From a virus, in the IMG/VR virus record IMGVR_UViG_3300028829_004140, positions 1 through 64,000 of that record: a stretch of 64,000 bases of DNA; one strand, 5' to 3'. A model generated the notes under the pieces. The model ran no database searches and had not been told where the DNA came from. It saw nothing but the letters and a program-made list of their open reading frames with translations. A program made the translations under genes and the position numbers. Positions 49,983 to 58,757 of this stretch are shown here, piece by piece (within the stretch, counting starts at the first letter, position 1; the number at the start of each line of letters is the position of its first letter).

Positions 49983-50592
49983 TTATGTTCTCCATATAAA
50001 GCATACCGCTTCCAAATTCAGGCAACTTTTCATAGTCGATACCCTTTTCGTCTAAATACTTAATAAGATCAAGTGCTTTGGTTGGAACATCGTCTACCAA
50101 AACCGAGACAGTATCACCCTCGGAACTTTTGGCAATTTTTTCTACAGCAATGAACTGATTTAATGTTTGCACATGTGCGTCAGGTGTTTGTGAAATGTCT
50201 GCACCATCCAAATAATAAACGCCGCAGCGTGATACTTGTTGCAGGCTATCTAAGCCATCTCCGATTCTTAAATTAACCCTGTGGCTCAAGGAATTAGCTA
50301 AAAAAAATGAGTTTGCTATATGGTCAACATTAATGTCCGCAACATAATATTCACCGCCAAATTTTTTGGTATAAGATCCAAACCAAATATCGCTCCAGCC
50401 AGAACCCATTCTAAACTTGTCTTCAAAAGTTTCTATAGCACCTATCTGAAAAATATCAACAGGTTTTCCCTTGAATCTATCTAACGCTCTTTTAAAAAGA
50501 CTGTCTCTAAATGGCGGTGGAATTACTTTAAGGTTATCCCAAGTTACCTCATTTTGCATGTACTGAATAATCGCACTATTTTGCATTTGCAT
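49969..50592 (-). CDS. Class I SAM-dependent methyltransferase-like protein
   Basis: IFQIGA, VADI, GDGL, YYLDG, LVDD pattern. Confidence 0.6.
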   Translation of the reverse strand: MQMQNSAIIQYMQNEVTWDNLKVIPPPFRDSLFKRALDRFKGKPVDIFQIGAIETFEDKFRMGSGWSDIWFGSYTKKFGGEYYVADINVDHIANSFFLANSLSHRVNLRIGDGLDSLQQVSRCGVYYLDGADISQTPDAHVQTLNQFIAVEKIAKSSEGDTVSVLVDDVPTKALDLIKYLDEKGIDYEKLPEFGSGMLYMENINGTN

Positions 50593-52231
50593 TAATTTGT
50601 CCTCTTTGTCTTTCTAATTCGTTCCAATTTTGCCTCATGTTTGTTAGATCTCTTACAACGCCTTCCATGTTATAAGGTTGATACTTATTTTGCGAAGGAA
50701 GGTGGGATTCGTTGAAATAATAGTCATCTTCCGAGGGATTCACCCTGTATCCGAATGTGACATCTTTTATAACTTTAGACCAAAACCAGCCCCCAATCCA
50801 TTCGGGCTTGTGTAAAACATATTTAAATAGGTAACTTACCTGTTCTTCGGTTGAAACAATATTGTTAGGCATTGAAGTTGCTGGTTTAAGCACTTTTATT
50901 GGAGACATGTATGTTTTAGACCAGTCTTTTATCGGAATTGTTTTTAAATGCTCTATCCATACCTGAGCAGTTTTATCCCAGTCGTAGTGATTTCTGGATT
51001 TACTGTATATAGACTCTCCATTGTGTCCGTCATATTTTGTTTTATCACGTTTATTTTTATATGCATCTGCTATAACTTTAACCAACAAATCGTTATCGGC
51101 AATGGCTCTATAGCAACCCGTTTCACACTCCATAGAAAGTGCCAAAGGGTTCATCGCAATTCCTCCGATATTTTTCATAACTGAGTTCATGGCAGAGTAA
51201 TTAATGGCGGCCACAGGAACGCCACAAAACGCCGCTTCTAACTGAGGCATACCAAATCCTTCGCTATTAGCGTACTGAACATACAAATCAAATGTGTTGT
51301 ATATTTTGCTTAGTTCTGCGCCATCAACGGAGTTGTTTACGCCTATGAGTTTTTTCTTAAACTGTTTACATTTTCCGCAGTGACACATGGAGTCTCTGTA
51401 AAAGTCCATAGATACATCGCCGCAGTTTTTACACTTGTAACCGAAAAGGACTCTGTTTTCTAGTCCGAACCTGTTAAGAAGTTCAGGGATTTCCCATCCG
51501 ATGTCGGGATAAAAAACGTGACAGTAAAGGTAGGCTTCTGGGGTTTTGTTTTCGTCTAAGTATTGACGGAAGGCTTTAAACAAGTCTGGGTATAATTTTC
51601 TTCTTTGGTTTCTCATAACCGTTCCTACAAGAAATACACTTGAATCAAGTCCCATATCATCCTTGTGTTTATTCTTATCTGGAACCTTGTCAAATATTTC
51701 CTTGTTTGCACATGGAGGAGCTATTCCGACAAAGTTAATAGAATCACTTTGCCTAAGAAGTGTATCCCTACCAAATTCAGAGTAGCTCAAAACAGAATCC
51801 GCAGAAGCGAACGTATTTATCCACATAGGATTTTGTGGAAATGCGTCTACCGTTGGCATAATTGCCCAATGAAAAAAGTCTCTGTATGGCGACCTCTGCT
51901 GGAATTCAAACATCCACCAGTCTCTAATATCCATAACAATATCAGGCTTAAAGTCTATCAATACACTGTTGAAAGTGTTTTCCCCAAAAATTCTAGACGG
52001 ACTACTTATGTATGATTGAAAGTCTTCGTCGGAATCAAGAGGTCGATTTGGATATACTTTCCAAGGAGAGTTGGCAATTCTTATGTCTTTTCTGTCAACA
52101 TGAGTAGCCAGCTCCGCAACTTGAAATTCTTCTACCTTGTTTAATCTTGATAGAATCTCTTTACCGTAAACAGAGTATCCGGTTCCTTGCCAATGGGCTT
52201 CATTGACCCAAAGTATTCTTTTTTTTCTCAT
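50576..52231 (-). CDS. Glycosyltransferase family 4 with Zn-finger insertion
   Basis: TGYS.Y, RNQRRK, CKNC...CGKC, ANSEGFGMPQLEAAFCGVP. Confidence 0.85.
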   Translation of the reverse strand: MRKKRILWVNEAHWQGTGYSVYGKEILSRLNKVEEFQVAELATHVDRKDIRIANSPWKVYPNRPLDSDEDFQSYISSPSRIFGENTFNSVLIDFKPDIVMDIRDWWMFEFQQRSPYRDFFHWAIMPTVDAFPQNPMWINTFASADSVLSYSEFGRDTLLRQSDSINFVGIAPPCANKEIFDKVPDKNKHKDDMGLDSSVFLVGTVMRNQRRKLYPDLFKAFRQYLDENKTPEAYLYCHVFYPDIGWEIPELLNRFGLENRVLFGYKCKNCGDVSMDFYRDSMCHCGKCKQFKKKLIGVNNSVDGAELSKIYNTFDLYVQYANSEGFGMPQLEAAFCGVPVAAINYSAMNSVMKNIGGIAMNPLALSMECETGCYRAIADNDLLVKVIADAYKNKRDKTKYDGHNGESIYSKSRNHYDWDKTAQVWIEHLKTIPIKDWSKTYMSPIKVLKPATSMPNNIVSTEEQVSYLFKYVLHKPEWIGGWFWSKVIKDVTFGYRVNPSEDDYYFNESHLPSQNKYQPYNMEGVVRDLTNMRQNWNELERQRGQINANAK

Positions 52232-52551
52232 TGAACAATAATCTTAAAAGAGGAAACTCTGAAATATGTAGTAAGCGATACTTCGCTGGAATCATCCTGC
52301 TGCCAAGATTCTTCGTTTCGGGCACTGGATTCTACAGCCATTATAGACCCTGTTTTGGCATATTTATTAATCGCTAGAGCAGCAGAGTCCCAAGCTTCGA
52401 AGGCAAGATATGTGAAATTTTTTACCTTTTCTCCGTTTGAGTCTTTTCTAAACTCTTCTATTTCTAAATCAAAGTTGACACATGACACACCGTTTACATT
52501 TACCAACTCTGGACCGTGTGATATTTTGCCCAAAAACATACATTTGTTCAC
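52228..52551 (-). CDS. ssb: Single-stranded DNA-binding protein (OB fold, no acidic tail)
   Basis: MNKCMFLG.I...PEL, F.L, AW...A..I.KY..G..AVE, typical of SSB. Confidence 0.75.
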   Translation of the reverse strand: MNKCMFLGKISHGPELVNVNGVSCVNFDLEIEEFRKDSNGEKVKNFTYLAFEAWDSAALAINKYAKTGSIMAVESSARNEESWQQDDSSEVSLTTYFRVSSFKIIVQ

Positions 52552-52563
52552 ATTTATTCCTTA

Positions 52564-54141
52564 TCAAATCTGTGTTGCTTTATTAACAATGAACGAACCT
52601 TTACTAACTTCGCCATGCAATAATACTGTATTACCCTCAATTAAAACGTCTTTGTTTTCTTTATAACAGTCTGGAAAGATTACAACATCTTCTAGATCGC
52701 CGGAACCATCTTCTACGCTAAGAAAAGCCATTTCTTGTCCGGGGTTCTTTCCGTTTTTAGTTTGTACAATTTTCATACGAGATATTTCAACAGCAAGAAT
52801 TACTTTACCTGTTATCACACCTTTTGCCACATCTTGACACATATTTGTTGAATTAATTATATCTAATCCGTCAACTTTGCTACAAGTAAGTGGTGATGCA
52901 AGAAATTTTTCTTCGTCTATCGCAACAGTAAGTGCATTGTCATTTATGTCATAAAATGGATTGTCTAAGGAGTCTTTTATATCTTTAACGGTTTCCATTC
53001 TCTTTGCATTAATCTTTAATCCTCTACCCTCGATTAAATGGCCTATCGCCTGAGAAAGATCCTTTGCGAATACAGACGGTTCGCCTGATTTGTAATTGGA
53101 AACAATAGTTTTTCGCTCTCTTTCAGTCAACTTTTTCCAAGAGTCAAACTCATAAAGCATTTTTTGTCGAGAGTTTAAGTTATTCCTACCGTTAAATCCC
53201 CCTACAGAAATCAATGCGATTGTGGACCTTTTGTTTAATCGAAGATCGTTAATGATAAAAAAAAGACAATCTAACCAGCTAAAATCTTGGATTTCCCTGT
53301 CTTTCATAAAATCCATAATCTTCTTGGTTTCTATGCTGCCTACGTTTTTAACATGGTTAATTCCGTAGTATATAACGTTTTTCTTTTTATCTCTAGAAAA
53401 ATCCGCAACTAAATGTTGCAGTCTAGGTGGAAGCACTTCGATGTTTGCCTTCTTGGCGTCATTTATTAGTTGTTTTTTTTCTTCGTCTGGATAAGGTTTT
53501 CTATTCGCTCTATTTAAATAAGTATTGTAGAATTTATTTCTACGATGAAACTTACAATAGGCAGACCAGTAAGCTAGGTATGCATAAGAGACTGCGTGAG
53601 ATTTATTGAAAGCGTACCTACTAGACTTTTCGATCCATGAGAATATTTCTTCCGCGACACCAAGACTTATTTCACCTTTTTTTTCTACGCCATCCATAAA
53701 CTCCTTCTTAACAGATGCCATAACATCTGCCTTCTTCTTTCCGATAGCCTTGCGTAGCGAATCAGCTTGTACTCCGTTAAAGCCTGCTAGTTTTTGAACG
53801 ATAGCCATAGACTGTTCTTGGTAAACAAGAACGCCATATGTTTCTCTTAGGATAGGCTCTAGTGACTCATGTAGGTACTCGACAGGAGCATCGCTTTTTC
53901 CAGCTTTTCTATCTGCATAGACCTGTGTCATGCTTTTTCCGTTGGCATCTTTCGCCATAAGAGTTCCGGGTCGAATAAGACTGATAAGTGCCGCAAGATC
54001 TTTTCTATTTCTAGGCTTTGTCTCTTTTGCCCAATGTCTACCCAAATGTGATTCTAGCTGGAAGACGCCTTTTGTATCACCTTCGCATAGCAAGTCCCAA
54101 ACATTTTCATCGTCAAAATCGTTAATGTCAAAATTAGTCAT
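52564..54141 (-). CDS. dnaE: DNA polymerase III alpha, C-terminal part (fingers, HhH, OB fold)
   Basis: GVFQLES, RPG, ETYGVLVYQEQ, LRKAIGKK, YAFNKSHA, MAFLSVED. Confidence 0.92.
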   Translation of the reverse strand: MTNFDINDFDDENVWDLLCEGDTKGVFQLESHLGRHWAKETKPRNRKDLAALISLIRPGTLMAKDANGKSMTQVYADRKAGKSDAPVEYLHESLEPILRETYGVLVYQEQSMAIVQKLAGFNGVQADSLRKAIGKKKADVMASVKKEFMDGVEKKGEISLGVAEEIFSWIEKSSRYAFNKSHAVSYAYLAYWSAYCKFHRRNKFYNTYLNRANRKPYPDEEKKQLINDAKKANIEVLPPRLQHLVADFSRDKKKNVIYYGINHVKNVGSIETKKIMDFMKDREIQDFSWLDCLFFIINDLRLNKRSTIALISVGGFNGRNNLNSRQKMLYEFDSWKKLTERERKTIVSNYKSGEPSVFAKDLSQAIGHLIEGRGLKINAKRMETVKDIKDSLDNPFYDINDNALTVAIDEEKFLASPLTCSKVDGLDIINSTNMCQDVAKGVITGKVILAVEISRMKIVQTKNGKNPGQEMAFLSVEDGSGDLEDVVIFPDCYKENKDVLIEGNTVLLHGEVSKGSFIVNKATQI

Positions 54142-54274
54142 CTTTTTTACTTTCTTTCAACTCTTGTTGAATTCTCTTTTGTTCTTTGTAAAAATCTTCT
54201 AGTTCTTCAATATTTATCATGAAAAAATTTCCATGAACATCGTTAACTCTGATGGTTTTTTTGTTATCTGACAT
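54134..54274 (-). CDS. Small hypothetical protein (46 aa, MSDNKKTIRV...KKDD), missing from the ORF track
   Basis: Open frame exactly filling the gap and overlapping both neighbours; GGAG RBS. Confidence 0.6.
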   Translation of the reverse strand: MSDNKKTIRVNDVHGNFFMINIEELEDFYKEQKRIQQELKESKKDD

Positions 54275-54953
54275 ACAAATCTCCAGAACCAAAGGCTTTT
54301 TCAAAAGTTATTTTCTTGGACAGGTTTCTCTGCATTTTTAAGAATTTGATAAGAATATTGGCCGTATCTTTAACGTCTTGCAAAGCATCGTGAGCGTTGT
54401 CTTTCGGTAGACCAAAATAATCTCGCATGTAATCCATACTATATCCTTTGCAGTCTGTGTTGTTTTCAAACCAGCAATATATATGCTGCATTAGATCCAT
54501 TGTAAAGATCGGATTAAAAAGTGTCTGTTGGTTCTTTTTTTCATTCCAAGGTCCATACTCTTTGCACATTCTATTCACAATTGGCATATCGTAACCATTG
54601 ATATTGAAACCCGCAGCTATTGGAGCAGTCCAGCTAGTACCCTTCCAGTTAAACTTGTCGCAAAACTTGTCAAACTTGTTCCAGACGGTTTTTGGTTTTG
54701 GTCCCTTGCTGATTTCTTCTCTTGTTTTCCTAGTTACCTCTAAAGCCTTTTCCTCTATTGGATCAAAGCCCGCCTCTACAGCTTTTTCGTCGTCAACAAT
54801 GCAGCGAATCTTACTTTCAAAAACTCCTCCCGGCTGTAGTTCTAACTTTCTAGCGTGAATAGCTACTGCGGCGATTTGAGTTGGTTGGCACTTGTATGGA
54901 TTTTGACCAGTGGTTTCAAAGTCAAATACGATAATATCTCTGTAATTAGCCAT
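54264..54953 (-). CDS. DEDDh 3'-5' exonuclease (DnaQ/epsilon-like)
   Basis: FDFETTG (ExoI), GFNINGYD (ExoII), AHDALQD (ExoIII). Confidence 0.9.
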   Translation of the reverse strand: MANYRDIIVFDFETTGQNPYKCQPTQIAAVAIHARKLELQPGGVFESKIRCIVDDEKAVEAGFDPIEEKALEVTRKTREEISKGPKPKTVWNKFDKFCDKFNWKGTSWTAPIAAGFNINGYDMPIVNRMCKEYGPWNEKKNQQTLFNPIFTMDLMQHIYCWFENNTDCKGYSMDYMRDYFGLPKDNAHDALQDVKDTANILIKFLKMQRNLSKKITFEKAFGSGDLYVR

Positions 54954-55008
54954 CTTTTCCTCGTTATTATGATTTAGCTTCTACGATTTCTTAAATTAAT
55001 GATTGTTT

Positions 55009-55722
55009 CTAGTTATATACTATAAACTTTTTTGGAGTATAGTACAAGTTAAAATCTGGATGATTAACTATTTCCCTACAGAAAGTCCCATCTTCTCCTA
55101 GTGGCATATTCTCTTTATACTTGAAATGTTGTGCAGAGGATGCTCTGATAGAAATAGGTCCGTGTGCAACGGGCTGCTTGTTTTTAGTCATTACATTTGT
55201 TCTAGGGATGTTAAACCATCCTTCTGGAACAGGGTCTGGATTTGGTTCTACCAATATTATAGGCTCCACGTTTAAAACATCCTTATCGTTAACCGACTCC
55301 CAGATAGGAAACAATTCTCCCCGACTATAGTTATGAACAAGTGCATCCACATCGGGATTCACGAAAACCTTTTTGACAAATTCGCATTTTTTAGGATGAA
55401 TATCGTCGTCAACATCGCAAAAAGAAATAACCTCATCATCGTCCCGGTTGTGAGAAGTGAGGATGTAGGAAAATGAACCTTTGTTTCTAGCCCATCCCGG
55501 AAGCTTTCTTGTTGGCGAGGTCGTGATACTATATTCATCAAACCATCTACCTAGTCTTTGGCACAGTGCGTGGGCAACTTCGGTTCTATCTAATAATCCG
55601 CTTCCCACAAAGGTTACTTTTTCAGGTTGCATACTTTGAGCGGCAATAAAATTAACACATCTCTCTAATAAGTGCCAATCTTTATCACAAAATGTTATGC
55701 AAAAATTTGATTTTATAGTCAT
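55009..55722 (-). CDS. GT2-like (GT-A) glycosyltransferase
   Basis: ARNKG, FCDVDD, GED motifs. Confidence 0.65.
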   Translation of the reverse strand: MTIKSNFCITFCDKDWHLLERCVNFIAAQSMQPEKVTFVGSGLLDRTEVAHALCQRLGRWFDEYSITTSPTRKLPGWARNKGSFSYILTSHNRDDDEVISFCDVDDDIHPKKCEFVKKVFVNPDVDALVHNYSRGELFPIWESVNDKDVLNVEPIILVEPNPDPVPEGWFNIPRTNVMTKNKQPVAHGPISIRASSAQHFKYKENMPLGEDGTFCREIVNHPDFNLYYTPKKFIVYN

Positions 55723-55732
55723 TTACTGAAAT

Positions 55733-55951
55733 TCACTTTTTTAAAGAGATGAATTGATCTACGGCTTCATCTAAAGTTCTGAAAAGTTTGCTGTAATTAT
55801 GACGCTTGCTATAGACTTGATACTTATTTTTTGGTACACGTAATGATGTAACCATCGTGTCCTGTAGGTTGCAAAGAGATACTCCTTTAAACTCAATAGA
55901 GCATCCATCATATATGATTTCTTTGTAAAGTAATTTTTGTGCGTTATTCAT
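55733..55951 (-). CDS. Hypothetical protein (72 aa)
   Basis: ATG at 55951 overlaps the end of dnaE-N; GGAG upstream. Confidence 0.55.
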   Translation of the reverse strand: MNNAQKLLYKEIIYDGCSIEFKGVSLCNLQDTMVTSLRVPKNKYQVYSKRHNYSKLFRTLDEAVDQFISLKK

Positions 55952-57545
55952 TTTTGCATATCTCCATGATTTTTGATAATAAGTCAATTCCTAAAACGTC
56001 GAATTTAACGTGTCCCTGTTTTTCAAGGGGGTTCATTTCAAAAGCAACGATTGGATCACCGTTTTTATCAACCGTCATCGGACAAACGTCCGAAAGTTTA
56101 TGTTTTGAAATAATTACACCAGCAGGATGTTTTCCTTGTGATTTATTAGTTCCTTCGATATTTATAGCTTGGGTAAAGATGTCCTTCATAGGACCGTCTA
56201 ATTTTCCATCTTCATTAATGTAACAGTAGTTTTTAAGTTTTTCTGGTTGGTGTTCCAAGGCCCATAGAATTACAGACTTGCTATCCATTAACTCTAGCTG
56301 ATCGGAAATTAATTGCTCGTCAGGCAGAGCCGCTGTCATTTCGTTGATTTCGGCAAAACTAGAAGCTTCATTTACTCTACAAACCTCTTTTATTGCAGAC
56401 CTTCCTTGTAGCCTGCCCATTGTAATCATTTGTGCAACATTTGATTCTCCATACTTTTCCTTGATGTACGAGATTACATCATCCCTATATTCTGCCGGAA
56501 CATCCATATCAATATCAGGAATTGCCACATTATCTTCTGTATTACGTCCTTCATTATAAAAACGCTCAAAGAGAAGATCAAACTCAACAGGATCAACGTC
56601 TGTGATTCCTAAAAGATATGATATCAAGCAACCAGCGGCAGATCCTCGACCCGGACCAGCGAGCCAACCTTGTGATTTAACCCATCGAATAATATCCTGA
56701 ACGATCAAAAAGTAACCAGAAAGCTGTGCTTTAAAAATAACCTTTAGTTCGTGTTTGATTTGTTTCGTATAGCGATCCTTGTCTTCTTGGGTAGTAATCT
56801 TTTCTGTGCCTACAAGTCTTGATTTCCAGCCCTCTCTACATAATTCTGTGAGATAATCATCCTCGCTGATTCCGTCAGGACATGGAAAGGTAGGGAATGA
56901 TGGTTTATCAGCAAGGTCGTATTCTTCGCATTTATCCACAATTCGCCAAATATCATTTTGACCCTCAGTAAAGCAAATCTTGGTAAATTCTTGGTTTTGG
57001 TTTTTTAGGTGAAACGTTCCATAGCTTTTATGAAGAGGATCGAAGAACTGCTCATAATCGTGTTCTAAGTTATTTACCTTCTTTAGTGTGGTTTTCATCT
57101 TGCCACATAACATGATTCTATGACACTCAGCGTCACTTTCATCTACATAATAGATTGCCTGCGACTCATAATCAAGCTGTACATGATTGCTTTTAAAAAG
57201 GTTGGCAAATCCATTTTTTTCTGCGGTAACACAAAGTACATTTCCTCGACTGGCAACATCTTTAAGAACATTGAGAGTCTGGTTTGATACATACTTTACA
57301 AGGTCGAACCATCCATCCTTATTTTTGGCGTAAAGAATATAGCCATCAAACTCGCATCCAATAATTGGCTTGATACCATTTTGCTTACATTCCTGTTGGA
57401 AATCTACGGCCCCGGAAAGCGTGCCAAAATCAGCTATTCCACAAGCCGTATACCCATACTCCGCACAGCGTTTTGCTAATTTATCAGCCTTGCAAAACCC
57501 GTGCTGTAAAGAAAAGTGAGTTTTGCAGTTAACTGGGTTCCACAT
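55944..57545 (-). CDS. dnaE: DNA polymerase III alpha, N-terminal part (PHP + palm)
   Basis: GIKPIIGCE, GPGRGSAAG, LLFERF, PDIDMD, GKHPAG, KFDVLG. Start set at MWNP with GAGG RBS. Confidence 0.92.
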   Translation of the reverse strand: MWNPVNCKTHFSLQHGFCKADKLAKRCAEYGYTACGIADFGTLSGAVDFQQECKQNGIKPIIGCEFDGYILYAKNKDGWFDLVKYVSNQTLNVLKDVASRGNVLCVTAEKNGFANLFKSNHVQLDYESQAIYYVDESDAECHRIMLCGKMKTTLKKVNNLEHDYEQFFDPLHKSYGTFHLKNQNQEFTKICFTEGQNDIWRIVDKCEEYDLADKPSFPTFPCPDGISEDDYLTELCREGWKSRLVGTEKITTQEDKDRYTKQIKHELKVIFKAQLSGYFLIVQDIIRWVKSQGWLAGPGRGSAAGCLISYLLGITDVDPVEFDLLFERFYNEGRNTEDNVAIPDIDMDVPAEYRDDVISYIKEKYGESNVAQMITMGRLQGRSAIKEVCRVNEASSFAEINEMTAALPDEQLISDQLELMDSKSVILWALEHQPEKLKNYCYINEDGKLDGPMKDIFTQAINIEGTNKSQGKHPAGVIISKHKLSDVCPMTVDKNGDPIVAFEMNPLEKQGHVKFDVLGIDLLSKIMEICKNE

Positions 57546-57586
57546 ATGTTCCTCAAATCTATTTCGCAAAGTTTAGTGTACGTCTT

Positions 57587-57615
57587 ATTATAGTATGAGA
57601 GTGCTGATTTGCCAA
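57587..57615 (-). promoter_or_regulatory. Sigma70-type promoter for the dnaE/glycan operon
   Basis: TTGGCA (-35; 57610-57615), 17 bp spacer, TATAAT (-10; 57587-57592) on the minus strand. Confidence 0.75.
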
Positions 57616-57645
57616 CTGGTTTTTTCATATTTTATTTAAATCACC

Positions 57646-57744
57646 TCATCTCCAATGAACAGATTTAAGACCGCTATCCTTGAAAAAATGGTACAAACTA
57701 GCTGTGCCACACTTATTGAATCCTATTTGAAAAATCTTCATCAT
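57646..57744 (-). pseudogene. 32-aa remnant of a sulfotransferase N-terminus
   Basis: MMKIFQIGFNKCGTASLYHFF...SVHW resembles the 5'-PSB loop of sulfotransferases. Start overlaps the upstream stop. Confidence 0.6.
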
Positions 57745-58757
57745 CCCGGCGCCTCGTAATATCCTACACTATGACCTTTTTTAGTACACTCTTTAACAGT
57801 TGCGTCATGTCCTATGTCATAAAGCCTATCTTCTACATAATTGCACATAGACTTATCTGTTCCGGGCCATTTTTCTTTGTAAAAGTGACATAACCTTGTA
57901 CATTTAAAACTAGACCTGTTTTTTGAACATGGTCGAGGGTAGTTCGTTTTTCTTATGTCTTTGTATCTTTTTTCCAGCATTGTCAAAAATTTCTTTTGGT
58001 CACTTTTGTCAAAACACATGCTGAATGGACCGCCATCGCGAGTAAAAAATATACTCATAATTGCTTGTTTATACTGCGGATACAGCTTAGATATTGCATA
58101 ATTATATAATAATAACTGAGGATCTTCTAAAAGTTTCTCGTATGTTTTCTTTTCTCCAGTCGCCCAATTCTTTCTTTGTCCCGTTTTCCAATCTACAACT
58201 TCTATTATGTCGCTATCAATTTCTGTAACTAGGTCAATAGTTCCTTTAATTGCAAGCTGTCCTTGGGTTCCATCTTCGTATGTAAAATTAGCCCAGTCTT
58301 CTTCAATAACTATGTTGAACTGAGGCTCTGTGTCTACGATCTTTCTTTTACGGGGGTCGAACTGTCCGTCGTTAAATAACAAAGCCTCGTTGATTTGTTT
58401 GCTGCAAAATTTAATATCTGCCGGTGTGTAATTATGATGGTCGTTTGAAGAATACCATTCAAAGCTTCTGTCTAGTAGTTCCTTTACGAATTTTTTGGTT
58501 TTTAGTTTTGTTTCAGTAAAGTTTACCTCTCCAAGCGCATCATCTACAATAGATCTTGGCGTTTTTTTATCTGCCGGATGGTCTTGAATATCTTTTGTGC
58601 AGGAGGCGAGGCACTCCATTACTTTGTGGACCATAGTTCCTAGTTGGGCCTTTTTTCCAGAAGGAGACTGGTAACCTAAGTTGTAGGTGATAAAATACTG
58701 CAATTCACAGTATTCGAAATTATTATAGCTTGAACTACGTATATACTCTACAATCAT
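57741..58757 (-). CDS. Cas4/RecB-like PD-(D/E)xK exonuclease
   Basis: RSSSY...CE..Y, GTMVH, KGTIDLV, VDWKTG, QLLLY, C-terminal Cys cluster (PC....FKC..LC). Confidence 0.85.
   Translation of the reverse strand: MIVEYIRSSSYNNFEYCELQYFITYNLGYQSPSGKKAQLGTMVHKVMECLASCTKDIQDHPADKKTPRSIVDDALGEVNFTETKLKTKKFVKELLDRSFEWYSSNDHHNYTPADIKFCSKQINEALLFNDGQFDPRKRKIVDTEPQFNIVIEEDWANFTYEDGTQGQLAIKGTIDLVTEIDSDIIEVVDWKTGQRKNWATGEKKTYEKLLEDPQLLLYNYAISKLYPQYKQAIMSIFFTRDGGPFSMCFDKSDQKKFLTMLEKRYKDIRKTNYPRPCSKNRSSFKCTRLCHFYKEKWPGTDKSMCNYVEDRLYDIGHDATVKECTKKGHSVGYYEAPG

Noticed and set aside
37649-52231. Host chromosomal O-antigen or capsule locus (i.e. prophage boundary)
   Set aside because: Flanked on both sides by coupled phage replication genes and lacks wzx/wzy/ABC export genes. 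No integrase or att site is seen.
52564-57545. Split intein or self-splicing intron in dnaE
   Set aside because: No intein blocks at either junction. The intervening DNA is fully occupied by ordinary coupled ORFs, and each half has its own start and stop.
57741-58757. CRISPR-Cas system (Cas4)
   Set aside because: Solitary Cas4-like nucleases are common in phages, and no repeat-spacer array or other cas genes are seen.
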